DNA of 64,000 nt from the human T2T-CHM13v2.0 reference genome, Homo sapiens (GCF_009914755.1 NC_060926.1), one strand, 5' to 3'. Positions 39,935 to 60,481 are shown, counted from the stretch's first letter. Notes: generated by a model not told the origin, from the letters alone. Made by a program: numbers and translations.

Positions 39935-40085
39935 ATGCCCAACCTGGCTGACCATCAGGATTGCCCAGCAGGTTTCTGAACATTCAGATGCCTGGGCCCC
40001 ATTCCAGAACCCCCGAGTCAGAATCTCAGGGTAGCATGCAGGCATCTGCACTTTCCCATCCCAGATGTCCATTTTGGACCCATTC
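39935..40085. mobile_element. MER5-like hAT-Charlie fragment
   Basis: cagatgcctgggccccattccaga...gagtcagaatctcaggg...ggcatctgcacttt. Confidence 0.55.
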
Positions 40086-43000
40086 ACTTAGGCAAGTGCC
40101 CTCTCTGTGCAATGCTGTCCTCAGCCACCTCTCTGAGAGACCAGGGGCCAGCTTCCGTGGAGAACCATTCAAGACTAGGAGCTCTCAGCTGTGGGGAGCC
40201 TGGTCCACCAGGGGAGACGCACTGAGAAAACAGGGGTCCAGACACCCACCTGCCCCAAAGCCCTGCTGGTAGGCTTTGTCTCAGCGCAGACCCAAGGACA
40301 CAGTCGGACTGTCCTCATGGCATCTGTCCCACATGTCAGGTTTACACCAACCACCGGCTTCTGCAAGGGCTTCCCATCCATTTGCTCATCCCTTTCCTAA
40401 GCATGAAGTGCCACTGCCCCGACGGCACTGGACCTCATCTGCTGATCCTCTTTCCCTGGGGCCCATCAGTGCCATGCCTTCTCTCCGCCCCATCACCCAT
40501 GGAGGAGGAAGGGCATGAGGATGGCAGTGTGAGGTAAAGCTGCCATCATGGCCTGGCTGTCTTCTGCCCAAATGCCCAAATGCCCAGCAGGGTACCCCGT
40601 GACCCTTTGCAATGCCTGCAGCTCCCCATTGACCAAGGCATAGCCGCCTCATGCTTGGCTGGAGTCTGGCAGTGGGCTGGCTCTGTCACTCGATTGTGAT
40701 GGGGTCACAGGACACATGCTTGTTGAGACAACCCTTGTCTGTAGGAAGAAGTGGCCTGGTCAGGAGACGGTGTGGTCAGCAGATTCTTCAGACAGAGACA
40801 GGGAGGGGCTGCGTGGGACTGGAAGTGAGAGCACACTGTGGCTAGGGGAAAGCCAGCAGGGGCCACAGGAAGGCTGGAGGGAGGCTCCTGACTTCTGCTA
40901 CTCCCTGGCACCCCACACAGGGCCATCCTGCAGTGTGGCCAGGGATCCCTGCACCACCGGAGGTCCCCCAGCACGTGGGACTGAGAGGGCAGGCAGAGGT
41001 CTCCAGGCGCTGGAGTGTTTATGTTCTCATGCTGGGAAGGGGCAGACCCGGGCTGCAGAAACAGGGGTGCCTATGCTGAAAGAGGGGAGTCTGGCACTGA
41101 AGTCAGCAAGGTCACCTGCTGCTGCCAAATGGGGACAATGGGGTCTGACAACCAGACTGGCTCTGGGGCTGAGACCTTGGAGCTAGGGTCACAGAGGAGA
41201 CCACGGTCCCAGAACAGTCAAGGACACCCAGGTGTGGGTTGGGCCATACACAAGGGCTCCAGCAGTCAGGGAGAGCTGCCCTCCCTCCCACCTCACCCCC
41301 AGCACCTCCCTCCCGCTTCCCTCCCAACTTCCTCCCCTCCTCCCTCCTCACTATTCCCCACTGCGTTTGCCCTACCTCCTCCCACCCCTGTCAGCGCCCC
41401 AGCCCCCAACCTACCTCCTGCCCATGACCCACCTTCTGCCTGTCTCTCTGCCTACCACCTGTCAGAGTTCCTGGGGATTTACATCTCCAGCTGGGTGACC
41501 CCAACCAAGCTTCTCAGTCTCCTCAGTGACTAGGCCTCTCTCTGCTCCAGCCACTCAGAGAGGTGCCACCCAAGCCCTGTTCCCATCCCAGCCAGAGACT
41601 GCAGGTCCCCACACCTTGCCCCAGCTCATCACCCTCTCCCCTGCCCATTCCCCTTGGCTCCTGACTCCAGCAATGTCAGCACCCCACCTGATACCAGCAA
41701 CCCATTCATCCACTGCCTTTCTATGACCGCACCCTCCCCATGGCGGCACCTCTTCCTACCCAGCTGAGTGCAGTCACAATTTGCTCCCTCTCACTCATTC
41801 CCGTGTCCTGCCCCTCTCCCTGCATCACACTCATTTCACAAACCCCAGCCCCGGTTATGTCCAATGCTTTTGTCTCCCTGTCTTCCTGACCCGGCTGTGG
41901 CTGCCCTCCTCCCTTCTGGGGCAGCCCAGACGTGCCAGGCACCGCCTGCCTCAGGGCCTTTCACTCACTGGCCCCACTGCAGGGAGCACAACCCTGTGGA
42001 CACACATCTGGTTCCCTTCTGAACATCCACTAAGTGCCCTATTGAATGCTGCCATGTCTGTTGGCTTGTCACATTCATAGTGCTGCCTTCCCTGGCCATT
42101 CTTCATACAATACACTTCCCCCCGCCCCCCAGGCAGACCCATTGCACCTGGTTTATTACATCCAGAATGACTTACCACTACCTCACATACATATTCTAAT
42201 ATTTTATTTCTTTTTAAATTTTTAATTGACAAGTAATAATTGTACATATTCATGGGGTACATAGCAATGTTTCAATACATAAAATGACCAATTTTCAACA
42301 AAGATGTGAAAAACAGAAGGATAGTCCTTTCAAGGAATGGTGCTGCAGCAGGTGGGCATTCACAGGCAAATGAATAAATAAGCTTCCCCCTAAACCTCAC
42401 AGCTTAGACAAAAAGTAATGCAAAATGGCTAAGATACTCAAATGTAAAATTGAAAATTATGCAACTTTTACAAAAAAATAAGAAAATCTTTGGAACCAAG
42501 ATAACACCAAAAGCATGACCCATAAAAGGAAAAATTGATAAATTGGACCTTATTAAAATTAAAACTTTCACTCTGTGAAAGATCCTGTTAAGAGAATGAA
42601 AGGCTACAAAGAGGGGGAAAATATCTGCCAACCACACAATCAACAAAAGACATTGGTTAGAATATATAAAGAACTCCTAAATCTCATCAGTTAATAAACA
42701 AGTCATGTGACTTGAAAGAGGCAAGACAGGAACAGACATTTCATCAAAGAAGATATACAGATGAGAAATAAGCTAACAAAAATATGTTCATTAGTTATTA
42801 GGGAAATGCAAATGAAAAGTGACAATACAATATCACTGTGCCCCTATCAGAATGGCTAAGATAAAAATGGTGATGGCACCAGTGCTGGAGAAGATGCTGA
42901 GAAATTGGCCACACATTGCTGTTGGAATGCAAAGGGGTAAACCTCCTTGGAAAGTAGTGTGGCAGTTTCTTATCATACTTAACATGCCACATCACTGAGC

Positions 43001-43114
43001 AATTGTACTCACACAAAACACCACTCATGCTCATAGTAACTGTATTCTTAATAGCCAAAATTGGATACAACTCACATATCCTTAAACTGGTGAATGGTTA
43101 AACAAACTGTGGTA

Positions 43115-43453
43115 CAGTAGGCCCTTGATGGGTTTCCCATTCGTGGATTCAACCAACTGAGGATTGAGAATATCTGGAAAAACATTCCACCAAGTTTCAA
43201 AAGGCAAAACTTAAATTTGCCGGATGCCCAGCACTGCGTTGAATTCAGGAGAATGAAATGATGTGTAGGCATTGTGTTAGGTATTGTAAGTAATCTAGAG
43301 ATGATTTAAAGTATACAGGAGGATGTGCACAGGGTATATGCAAATACTGCACTATTTTACACAAGGAACTGGAGCATCCCCAGATTTTATATCCCTGGAT
43401 TTGGGTTTGAGGGGCCCTGGAACCAATCCTCCATAGAAACTGAGGGACAAAGG
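43115..43453. mobile_element. MER2 (MER2B-like) Tigger-family MITE
   Basis: gtggattcaaccaact, gtaatctagagatgatttaaagtatacaggaggatgtgc, ctggaaccaatcc...actgagggac; TA on both flanks. Confidence 0.85.
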
Positions 43454-44206
43454 TATAGTACCGTCAAGTGTTGCATATGACGGTGGTCCCATGAGATGCT
43501 AATGGAGCTGAAAAATTCCTACTGCCCAGTGACATCATAGCCATCATAATGATGTAGTGGAAGCATTACTCGCTTGTTTGTGGTGAAGCTGGTGTAAAGG
43601 ATCCAGGAGATCAGTCAGTATTATTTATTACAGCTGTTTAGCCATCTGCAATATCTCAAAATAAAATGGGTTTTTAAAATACAGTAAATGAGAAGTAAAT
43701 TGGATAATTTCACATATGTGCTTAAAAAAGGTTACAGTAAGCTAAGTTTATTTTATTATTGAAGGAAGAAAAATATTTCCTATAAATTTAGTGTAGCCTA
43801 AATGTACAGTGTTTATAAAGTATACCGTGGTGCATAGCAATGTCCTAGACCTTCACATTCACTCGCCACTGACTCACTGACTCACTCAGAGCAACTTCCA
43901 GTCCTGCAAGCTCTATCCATGGTAAATGCCCTACGCAGGTGTGCAATTTTAAAAAATCTTTTATACCATATTTTTACTGTACTTTTTCTATGTTTATTTA
44001 TATTTAGATACACAAATACCATTGTGTTCCTACAATATTCAGTACAGCAACATGCTGGACAGGTTTGTAGTCTACGAGCAATAGACTATCCTATATAGCA
44101 TAGGTGTGTAGTAGGCTGTACCATCTAGGTTTGTGTAAGAATGCTCTATGATGTTCACACAATGACAAAATCACCCAATGATGCGTTTCTTAGAATGTAT
44201 CCCTGC

Positions 44207-44638
<432 letters not shown>

Positions 44639-45289
44639 CTGTCATTAAGTGATGCATGATTGTGCTTGTATACCATGAATTACTGCTAAGAAACACAAAG
44701 GAAGAAATTATTGATATATGCAACAATTTGGGTGAATCTTAAAGGAATTATGTTGAGTGAAAAATGTGAATTCCAACAGCTTATGCATGACTTCATTTAT
44801 ATAAAATCCTTGAAATCATAGTATTATATTACTGGAGAGTAGATTGATGGTTTCCAAGAGTTAGGGATGGCATTGGAGGGACAATGGGTGGGCGGTGGGT
44901 GTGGGTATAAAAAGTCAACATCAGCACCTTTGTAGCTATGGAATTGCTTTGTGTCTTGACTGGTGGTGGGTGCATGAAACTACTCATGTGATAAAATCGC
45001 ATGAACTAAATATGCACATGCACACAAATAAGTAAAAGTACAACTGGAGAATCTGAGTAAGCTTGGTGAATTGTATCAACATCAGTATCCTTCTTGTGAT
45101 ACTGGGCTACAGTTTTGCAAGATGTTACCATTGGAAGAACTGGGTAAAGGATCCAGGGGATCAGTCCGTAATATTTATTACAGCTATTTATCAATCCGCA
45201 ATATCTCAAAACGGGTTTTTAAAATACAGCAAATGAGAAGTAAATTGGATATTTTCACGTGTGCGCTTTAAATTCTTCAGTGGTCAGCT

Positions 45290-45685
45290 ATCTACGAAAG
45301 TGCAGTTCAGATCTCCCATTGAGCAGGCTTGCTGCAGGAAGTGCCATTGTCTGACGGCCTCCAGCTGTGGTATCTTCCTGCACTGCTTCAGTTATCCAGC
45401 TGGGACCACCTGCGTTCTAGCTGTTGCCTGCCAGTGACTGAATCCTGGGGTGCTGGGATGGCTCACCATTCCTGCCACAACAGGTTCCTCCATGGGTGAT
45501 GTTTGTCCTGGCCCCTGGAGGCTGGCCCAGGCTTTCTCAGAGCTGAGCTTCAGTCTGAGGCTCTTTCTACCTCCTCTGCAGCCAGGTGCCTCCTAACTTT
45601 CTCACCCACAAGTAGATTATGCTCAATAAATAGTTTACACTTGAAATTCTGTCTGGTGCTTGCTTCCTGGAGGATGACCCCATGG
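45290..45685 (+). mobile_element. LTR16-like (ERVL) LTR
   Basis: ctgacggcctccagctg, ccagtgactga, ggctttctcagagctg...cagtctgaggctctt, caataaa...tgcttcctggagga. Confidence 0.6.
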
Positions 45686-45849
45686 ACACAGATTTCTCCT
45701 AATTGCTCTCAGGCTGTGCTCACGGACCACCCAGAAAACATCTGGAAGGCCATGGTTGCAACCCATGACTGCTCCAGCTTCTAGAGCCCGGTTTCTTTCT
45801 CTATTTTCTGAACTTTCTCTTGGTCCCTTGAATTTAAGCCCTTTCCGTG

Positions 45850-46166
45850 GTTGGGCATGCACACTTGGCATTTCCTTCTCCTGGGAAGCTCTGCTTCTCT
45901 CCTGGTGCCTTCTGTTGCTCATTCACATGAGCTCAAATGTCCCTGGGCAGACTCCTCTTTCCTGATCCCTCAGACCAGATCAGGCTCTCTGCTTTTCTCC
46001 TCCACTGGCTGTGGGTTGTCTGTGTAATTACTTGATTCATGTCTGAGTTGCCCGGTGCACCAAAAACCAAGACATCGTCTGGCTGTTTTGTTGATTGTTG
46101 AGTCCCCACCACCCATCCCAGTGTCTGGCACGTGGCCGGGACTTGGTGATGTTTATTGAATGAATG
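45850..46166 (+). mobile_element. L2 3' end
   Basis: ttccttctcctggga...agctcaaatgtc...ccagtgtctggcacgtgg...atgtttattgaatgaatg terminal motif. Confidence 0.65.
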
Positions 46167-46771
46167 GGCACGTTGAGTTAAGCAGAAGAGGAAGGCACTG
46201 TCTTTCTGACCTGTATTTTCTTAATTTCACAAATAATTTTGTGCAACGCCTTTTATTTAGGGAAATGCTTTTATTTAGGGAAACATGTAGGGCATTAGTA
46301 CCTTTGCATTTCATGTACTTATACCTTTATAGGTCTTGTCTATGCTGTAAAATGCAGTTCACTCCCAGCATTACTTGAAGCGCCTCTGTATTCCCTGGGG
46401 TCCACTTACTGCAATATCTTCAGTCTGATGCTGATTTGCTAATCAAAGGCTTCACTTCTTCCTGTAACCCTCTCTTGAAATCAAAAGGGAAAGGTCATTC
46501 CAGAAAGTTGGTTTCTCATCCTTAACAAACAATTCTCATGAAATGCTAATTAAGTGATAAATCCAGCGGACAATCTGTAAGTGGCTGACTTGCTTTTTTT
46601 AAGCTAATGAGTATTTGTAGTTGTCTTGGTTATGGAGGCCTTAATGGATTTCCTGGTACAGTGTTTGACTGCTGGGCCATAAACCTCCCATCTCTGAGAG
46701 GGGCCATTGCTCAAGCTCCATGAAAATAAACCTAGGGGTGGAATCTACATGAAATACTTTATTCTTTGAGG

Positions 46772-46885
46772 CTCCCAGGAACTAAACCACATGGGAGCTA
46801 AATAATAAAAGCAAATGAATAACAAATACTACACACAAATATGCACACACACAAATTATACTAGAACTGTTTATGGACAACAGAA
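46772..46885 (+). repeat. Dispersed direct repeat, copy A (~112 bp)
   Basis: Matches 48400-48510, including an identical 34-mer aataaaagcaaatgaataacaaatactacacaca. Confidence 0.9.
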
Positions 46886-48399
46886 GTCTAATGCACTCCA
46901 ATAAGTGCTCATCAACAATTGATAAGTCTAATTAGAGTCTTAGGCCCTCGTTGTCATGCTGGGGCAGTCATGACCACAGCCCCATGCCTTCCTGAGCCTC
47001 TTCATGGACCAGCGCTGTGCTGGTGCTTATATCAGCCCCTCCTCAGGGATGCCCTGTTGGCTAGGAACTCCATTTATCGATAACAGGACAGAGGATCAGA
47101 AAGGCTCCGGCGTTTGCTCATAATCACAGCACGGTTAAATAGCGGAAGTGGTCCATTCTTTCTGGCACCACAAACAGCCCACAGAAATTTCTCTCAGGAG
47201 CCCAGCCCAGCCTTCTTACCCTTATTTTCCAGCCCTCGCCTGCTCAGGCCCTTGGTCTTACTAATCTTTCTGCTGGAAGCACCTCTTCCACTTGGTCCTC
47301 CTGGGAGCACCTGTCCACTGCTTGCAGAAACTCAGTCAAAGGCCATCTCTGCTGGGAAGTGTCCCTCCATGCCAGGCTGCACAGGTGCCCCTCGACTTTG
47401 CACTGATGACAGGGGCTGCCTCCCTCTGTCACTCCACGAACTTGAGCCCTCATCTCAGAACTCCCTAGGCCAGGCATTGAGCAGACACCTTGAGAGGTGG
47501 ATTAGGCCCTCCATCCCCGAGCTCAGCCCTGCTCATATCCTTCCCTCTACTGCTTCCAGCATTCCCCTGTGATGTGGCCACATAAATGCTTCATCATTAG
47601 CAGAAAAAGAATTAGCCTCTGGGTTGGCATATTTTACTGAGTTGTATACTTTTTCTTACTTTTTTTTTGTCACAAAGCTTGGTCTTCAAAACAGCATTGA
47701 GGGACCCCCTCTAAGTAAGACGGCTAGAAGCAGGGCTGCTCTGCTGGGCAGCCTGGAGGATCCCTGGGCCCCTGCAACAGCATCCCAGAACCCCACATTC
47801 CAGGACTAGGTGACCTTTAGATTCCCTGGCCCTTGAGTATCCTGTACACCAGGTGCCCTGGCTTTGTGGGATTTCTGGGGTTCTGAGATTCTGAAGCTCT
47901 CACTCATTAGTCCAGAGGGCTTTCCTCCATCCTTTCAAACAAGATTCAGAAAGACTGCCCCACACAGAGGGCTGGGAATCCTAGGCAGGGTCACGAGCAT
48001 TCAGGAGCCAATGCCCAAATAGAACTGGGATTCCACCAAGATTAGGGGCTTCCTAGAGTTTGCTCATACCTTGGGTTCATGCTTGGAAATAGCTGTAGAT
48101 GAGTGGAAGTGAAAGGTTACAAAAGGGTGTTGAACTAAAAGGGGTAAGAATGCTAAGAGTCACCTCCCCCTAAGCTGAGTGACTCTGGTGCCTCCTGCAT
48201 ATTGAGAAGCAAGGACTCAGGGAAGGATTCCGAAGAAGCCGCTTCCCCTCCGGCCCCACCCGCACCCAGACTGAAGGCAAGTCACAGCTTTCAAAGTGCT
48301 CTGAAGAGAGCTAAGCATCTACATGCTTGTCATCGGGAGGGAACTGGTGGCTGGAAATGCCCCCCACTAGCCCATGGAGGACGTTCTCATAAGGAAACA

Positions 48400-48510
48400 C
48401 TCCCAGGAACTCAACCACGAGGAAGCTAAATAAAAGCAAATGAATAACAAATACTACACACATATATGCACACAAGCAAATTATACCAGGAGTGTTTATG
48501 GACAACAGAA
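48400..48510 (+). repeat. Dispersed direct repeat, copy B
   Basis: ctcccaggaact...gcta...34-mer...aaattatac...tgtttatggacaacagaa, as in 46772-46885. Confidence 0.9.
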
Positions 48511-49043
48511 ATTTAGTCTCATCATCAACATGATGGCATGGTAAGGCCCACTCGGAGGCTCATTCTGTGATATTTGTGTGAGTGGTCAAGGAAGCACTTT
48601 GCCTGAAATAAGTGCGTGCATTTCAGTCTTTCCTTGCTAGCTTGTTTGGGGATCCCAGGGATGTGTCTGCTGGGATGACGCATCTTTTCTTTCCAGTGGC
48701 TCTGTCGGCCTGGTGCCCAGGCTTGGCTGGAGCCTCTGCCAGAGCACCTGGTGGGCCAAGCAGAGAGCCCCAGGCCAGCCAATGGATGGATCACTCCTGG
48801 CAGCTTTAAAATATTTCTCTTCTCTGCCTTAATTTCCATGAGGGAAAACTGAAGTCATTTTATCTTAAATATCTTTTTTTAATTAAAAAGCAAATTGGTT
48901 CACTTTCAGAAAGCAGGTTCTGGTTCTCCAAAGAGTGCAGAGATGGCTGGATGACCTGCAGCCCCTGGCTCAACTCTTGGGCCACCGTCTCCTGCTGTGA
49001 AGATGCAAGGAAGCCATCGGCCTCTGTCAGCCTCAATTTCCTG

Positions 49044-49568
49044 GTGTTGGATTAAAATGGCTGCAAAACCCATGCTGCCCCTCCCATTGAGGGATGGCAT
49101 CATCCCCTGAATCTGAACTGGCCTGGGATGACTTTCCTGGCCCATAGATTGCAGTAGAAGGGAGGTTTTGCTACTACAGAAGACACATCATTTGAAGCCC
49201 TCCAGCTTCTGCCCCAGGCTCTTGGGAGCTGTGGAAGCCCTGAGCCTCTGTATGAGGAGGCAGTCAGCTGACGGGGCCACTCCTGTGGGCACTTGGGCCT
49301 CAGCCTCAGCTGAGCCCAGCTGGCAGTCATCCCAACCAAAGTCCCAGACAGACAAGGGTGTGAAGCCACCCTGGGCCCTCCAGCCCAGTCCATCTGCCAG
49401 CTGAGTGCAGCCATGGCCTCTGTGGATGGCTCCTGCTAGGGATGGAACCAGCACTGAGCCAGGACCTGCCTGAAATCCTGACCCACAGATCATGAGCTAT
49501 AATCAAGTGGTGGCTGTTTTAAGCTTCTAAGTTTTGGGGTCCTTTATCACACAGCCATGGATAACCAG
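49044..49568 (+). mobile_element. MLT1 (G/H-like) LTR
   Basis: attaaaatggctgcaaaa...cctcccattgag...cccctgaatctg; tcctgacccacagatcatgag...gctgttttaagcttctaagttttgggg...cagccatggataacca. Confidence 0.75.
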
Positions 49569-50939
49569 GTGTCTTACCTGAATGAGGGAGTTAAAAATAA
49601 TTTCCTTGCAGGGTTGTTTAGAGGATCAGCAAAAATGAAAATGAGCCTTACCAGGTAAGTGATGAGTAAAGGTAGCTAATATTTTTGTTATTAAAGTGGC
49701 AATGGGGCAATGGTACCTCGGGCTTACAGGATGGTACTGATTACATTAACCAGGACAGGGATGGAAAAGTGATGCTTTTGGGGATGGGTGGGGTCATGGC
49801 AGCAGAGGAAAGGAGATGGGGTGGGCCCACTCACATCCTTCCCATTTCCAGGTCCCTCCCCTTTGAACGAAATTGGACCATCTATGGGCTGTGCCCACAT
49901 TTGGTTTTACCTCGTCAAGAAACATGCTATGCCAGCTCAGGCCAGGTGCTGCTCCAGGTTTGGAATGTGAGCACTGCAGGGCAATCTCACCATTAATGTG
50001 GGTGGGAACTGGATGGGTTGGAAGGAGAAGATGTTAGAGAAGTTCCACAAGATGATTACGCTGAGGAAATGGCTCTGAGGGCTCTGAGGAAAATGCCAGC
50101 CTTATGAGCATGCCATGTAAGCATGGGCTAGCTGTGATTTGATTTAGTGAAATGGACCAGGGAAGCGGGAAACAGGCTGGAGACATACCTCGCAGTGTGT
50201 GGAACCAAAGCAAAGGTGTTCGATCTTCATCCAAAGAGCAGCAGGAAACCACGGTGCGTTTAGACGGGCAGTACATGAGCAGGTGCCACTTTAGGAAATG
50301 CCCTAGAGGAGACCAGAGAGGTGCATGGTGGGGCAGGAAGGAGAACAGAGCAGCGCAGCCACCAAGCCAAGCTCCAGCTACTGCACAGTGGGGTCTCTCC
50401 TCTGAGTCGGCCAGAGCCCCCTCCTGGTGCTGCCAGGGGCACCTTTCTTTGTTTCATTAGGTATTTTGATAAAGTGGAGAAAGTACCCCACACATACACA
50501 CAAAGCAGCTCTTTCATAGAATGGTCTGTTCTCTCCCCTGGAGGTGGCTGGTTGTTGATGGTGGAGACAGGCTGTGACAATAGGAGCACCAATCACCCTG
50601 CTGCACCCACCTCGCCCCCGACCTGGTGGGAGAGGGCAGGTGCCTGCCACTTTCTCCTCTGACCCCTCTTCCCTGAGGATGCACCCCTTCCTGCGATGCA
50701 GATAGACATCTGCACAACCCACTCAACTGGCCCTTGAGACACACCGGGCACTTCCAAATCCATTTTCCGGTGGGTTTTTACTCTCAGGATGGACACATTT
50801 TCTCAGGGTGTGGACCTGAAGTGACAATGGATGCTTCAAGTACAGCCGACTAGACACTCTAGGCCACTCTTCCACAAACAGTGTGCAGACAGGAGGGGAA
50901 GAGCTTGAGGCAGGGTTTAAGTCACATGGAAGACAGAAT

Positions 50940-51440
50940 GAGAATGAGAAAGCTGAACTGGAATTCCAGGGGCGGAAAGAAAAAGAGGAAAAAAAGCAGC
51001 CATAAATAATGGCTGAAAATATTCTAGAAGTGAAGAAAGACACAGATCCAATAAACCCAATATACACCAAAAAAGACAACAAATCCAAAGAAAAAACCAG
51101 AACTAGACACAGAACCTACCAAACCAAGAAGCCAGAAGAAAATCTTATAGTAGCCAGAGGGCAAAAATCTTCAACTTAGTAAAGAAACAGTGGGCTCAGG
51201 GCACACTTCTGAATAGCAATAATGAACGCTCAAGACATCAGATACCAAGAAACAGTGGCTGTCAACATAACACTTTGTCATCAGCAAAACCATCTTTAAA
51301 TAATGAGAAAGACATAAAAATATCTTCATATAAACAAAAACTTGGAGGAGTAAACACCAATAAATATACTCACTGGAGGGACTTCTAAAGAGTGAATTTC
51401 AGGGAGAAAAAAATTGAGGAGAATGAGGGTTTTAAATGCC
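50940..51440 (+). mobile_element. Very old L1M ORF1-region remnant
   Basis: A-rich: aataatggctgaaaatattctagaagtgaagaaagacac, aaatctta...gtagccagag, cagcaaaaccatctttaa. Confidence 0.5.
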
Positions 51441-52814
51441 TTTAAATGACTTTAAAAAAATGGGAAAGAGGGTGCGACCTGGGCAAGATGGACAAATAGG
51501 AACAGCTCTGGTCTGCAGCTCCCACTGAGATCAATGCAGAAGGCAGGTGATTTCTACATTTCCAACTGAGGTACCCGGCTCATCTCACTGGGACTGGTTA
51601 GACAATGGGTGCAGCCCACAGAGGGTGAGCAGAAGCAGGGTGGGGTGTTGCCTCACCCAGGAAGCACAAGGGATCAGGGAACTCCCTCCCCTAGCCAAGG
51701 GAAGCCACGAGGGACTGTGCTGTGAGGAACAGTGCCTTCCGGCCCAGATACTATGCTTTTCCCACGGTCTTCACAACCCACAGACTAGGAGATTTCCTCG
51801 GGTGCCTACACCACCAGAGCCCTGGGTTTCAAGCACAAAACTAGGTGGCCATTTGGGCAGACACCAAGCTAGCTGCAGGAGTTTTTTCTCATACCCCAGT
51901 GGTGCCTGGAACGCCAGCTAGACAGACCGTTTACTCCTCTGGAAAGGAGGCTGAAGCCAGGGAGCCAAGTAGTCTAGCTCAGTGGATCCCACCCTGATGG
52001 AGTCCAGCAGGCTGAGATCTACTGGCTTGAAATTCTCGCTGCCAGCACAGCAGTCTGAAGTCAATCTGGGATGCCTGAGCTTGGTGGGGGAAGCGGTGTC
52101 CACCATTACTGAGGCTTGAGTAGGTGGTTTTCCCCTCACAGTGGAAACAGAGCTGCCGGGAAGTTCAAACTGGGCAGAGCCCACTGCAGCTCGGCAAAGC
52201 CTCTGTAGCCAGACAGCCTCTCTAGATTCCTCCTGTCTGGGCAGGGCATCTCTGAAAGAAAGGCAGCAACCCCAGTCAGGGGATTATAGATAAAACTCCT
52301 ATCTCCCTGATACAGAGCACCTGGGGGATGGGGCGGCTGTGGGCACAGCTTCAGCAGAATTAAACATTCCAGCCTGCCAGCTCTGAAGAGAGCAGTGGAT
52401 CTCCCAGCACAGCACTTGAGCTCTGCTAAGGGACAGACTGCCTCCTCAAGTGGGTCCCTGACTCCTGTGACTCCTGACTGGGAGACATCTCCCATCAGGG
52501 GTTGACAGACACCTCATACAGTAGAGCTCCGGCTGGCATCTGGCGGGTGTTCCTCTGGTAAGAAGCTTCCAGAGGAAGGAACAGGCAACAATCTTTGCTG
52601 TTCTGCAGCTTGCACTGGTAATACCCAGGCAAACAGGGTCTGGAGTGGACCTCCAGCAAACTCCAGCCAACCTGCAGCAGAGGGGCCTGACTGTTAAAAG
52701 GAAAACCAACAAACAGAAAGGAATAGCATCAACATCAGCAAAAAGGACACCCACACAAAAACCCCATCTGAAGGTCACCAACATCAAAGACCAAAGGTAG
52801 ATAAAGCCATAAAG

Positions 52815-54840
<2,026 letters not shown>

Positions 54841-54903
54841 AGACCATTGACACTATGAAGAAATGGCATCAACTAACGGGCAAAATAATCAGCTAGCATC
54901 GTA

Positions 54904-58717
<3,814 letters not shown>

Positions 58718-58915
58718 ACAATGAGAACACATGGACACAGGAAGGGAAACATCACACAGTGGGGCCTTTCTGGGGGCAGGGGGGCTAGGGGAAGGATAGC
58801 ATTAGGAGAAATACCTAATGTAGATGATGGGTTGACGGGTGCAGCAAACCACCATGGCACATCTATACTTATGTAACAAACCTGCCCGTTCTGCATATGT
58901 ATTCCAGAACTTAAA

Positions 58916-59022
58916 GTATATATATATACGTATATATATACGTATATATATATATGTATATATATACGTATATATATACGTATATATATATGTATATGTA
59001 TATATAGACGTATATATATACG

Positions 59023-59058
<36 letters not shown>
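58916..59058. repeat. Compound microsatellite (TA)n/(TATATATACG)n followed by (GA)n, replacing the L1 poly-A tail
   Basis: Directly visible right after cttaaagtat. Confidence 0.92.
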
Positions 59059-59334
59059 AGGTTATTAAACTGATTTAATAGATTTAAAGAATAAAAAAAG
59101 TGTGAAAGAAAATTATGAATAAAATGTAAATCTAAACAAACACCATGATAAGACCAAACACCATGGAAAACAATAATCAGAAACAATGATATCTAACTTG
59201 TGGGACAAACAAATAGGTGCGAACTAAACAATAGGCCCCAAATAGCATTAAGATAAGAGAGGGTTGATCAGTTATCAGAAATTTTAGATCTTTGTATTGT
59301 TAAAAAGGAAGATTAAGATATGTGGTAATTTGTT

Positions 59335-60165
<831 letters not shown>

Positions 60166-60481
60166 AGGGCACAGAACTCCAGTGTAGACACCACAGGGCT
60201 GACGGAGCCCAGAGAAGAGGCTTAAGTGGACCACACTGGCAGCCTGGCTGTAAAGGTACGAAGAGCAGGTGTTGGCTGCCCTGCAGAGCGGAGTGTTTTT
60301 TAAGCACCTGTGATGTGGCACATGCTGTGCTAAGTTATTTTTACGTGGATTCTCACTGAAGCCTGTCAATTTATAATATGAAAGTTGTAGCTTAGTGACA
60401 AGCAAATTTCCTGACATCTCCCAGACATGGGGAATGGGCATTTTGGGCCAGTTCCATGCAATGATCATGCTTGTGATCTCT

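Noticed and set aside
59059-59110. Possible short 3' transduction and TSD for the L1PA7 (aaaaaaatgggaaaga at ~51454 vs aaaaaaagtgtgaaaga at ~59093)
   Set aside because: Low-complexity A-rich match with mismatches; cannot be separated from chance or from the surrounding old L1M sequence
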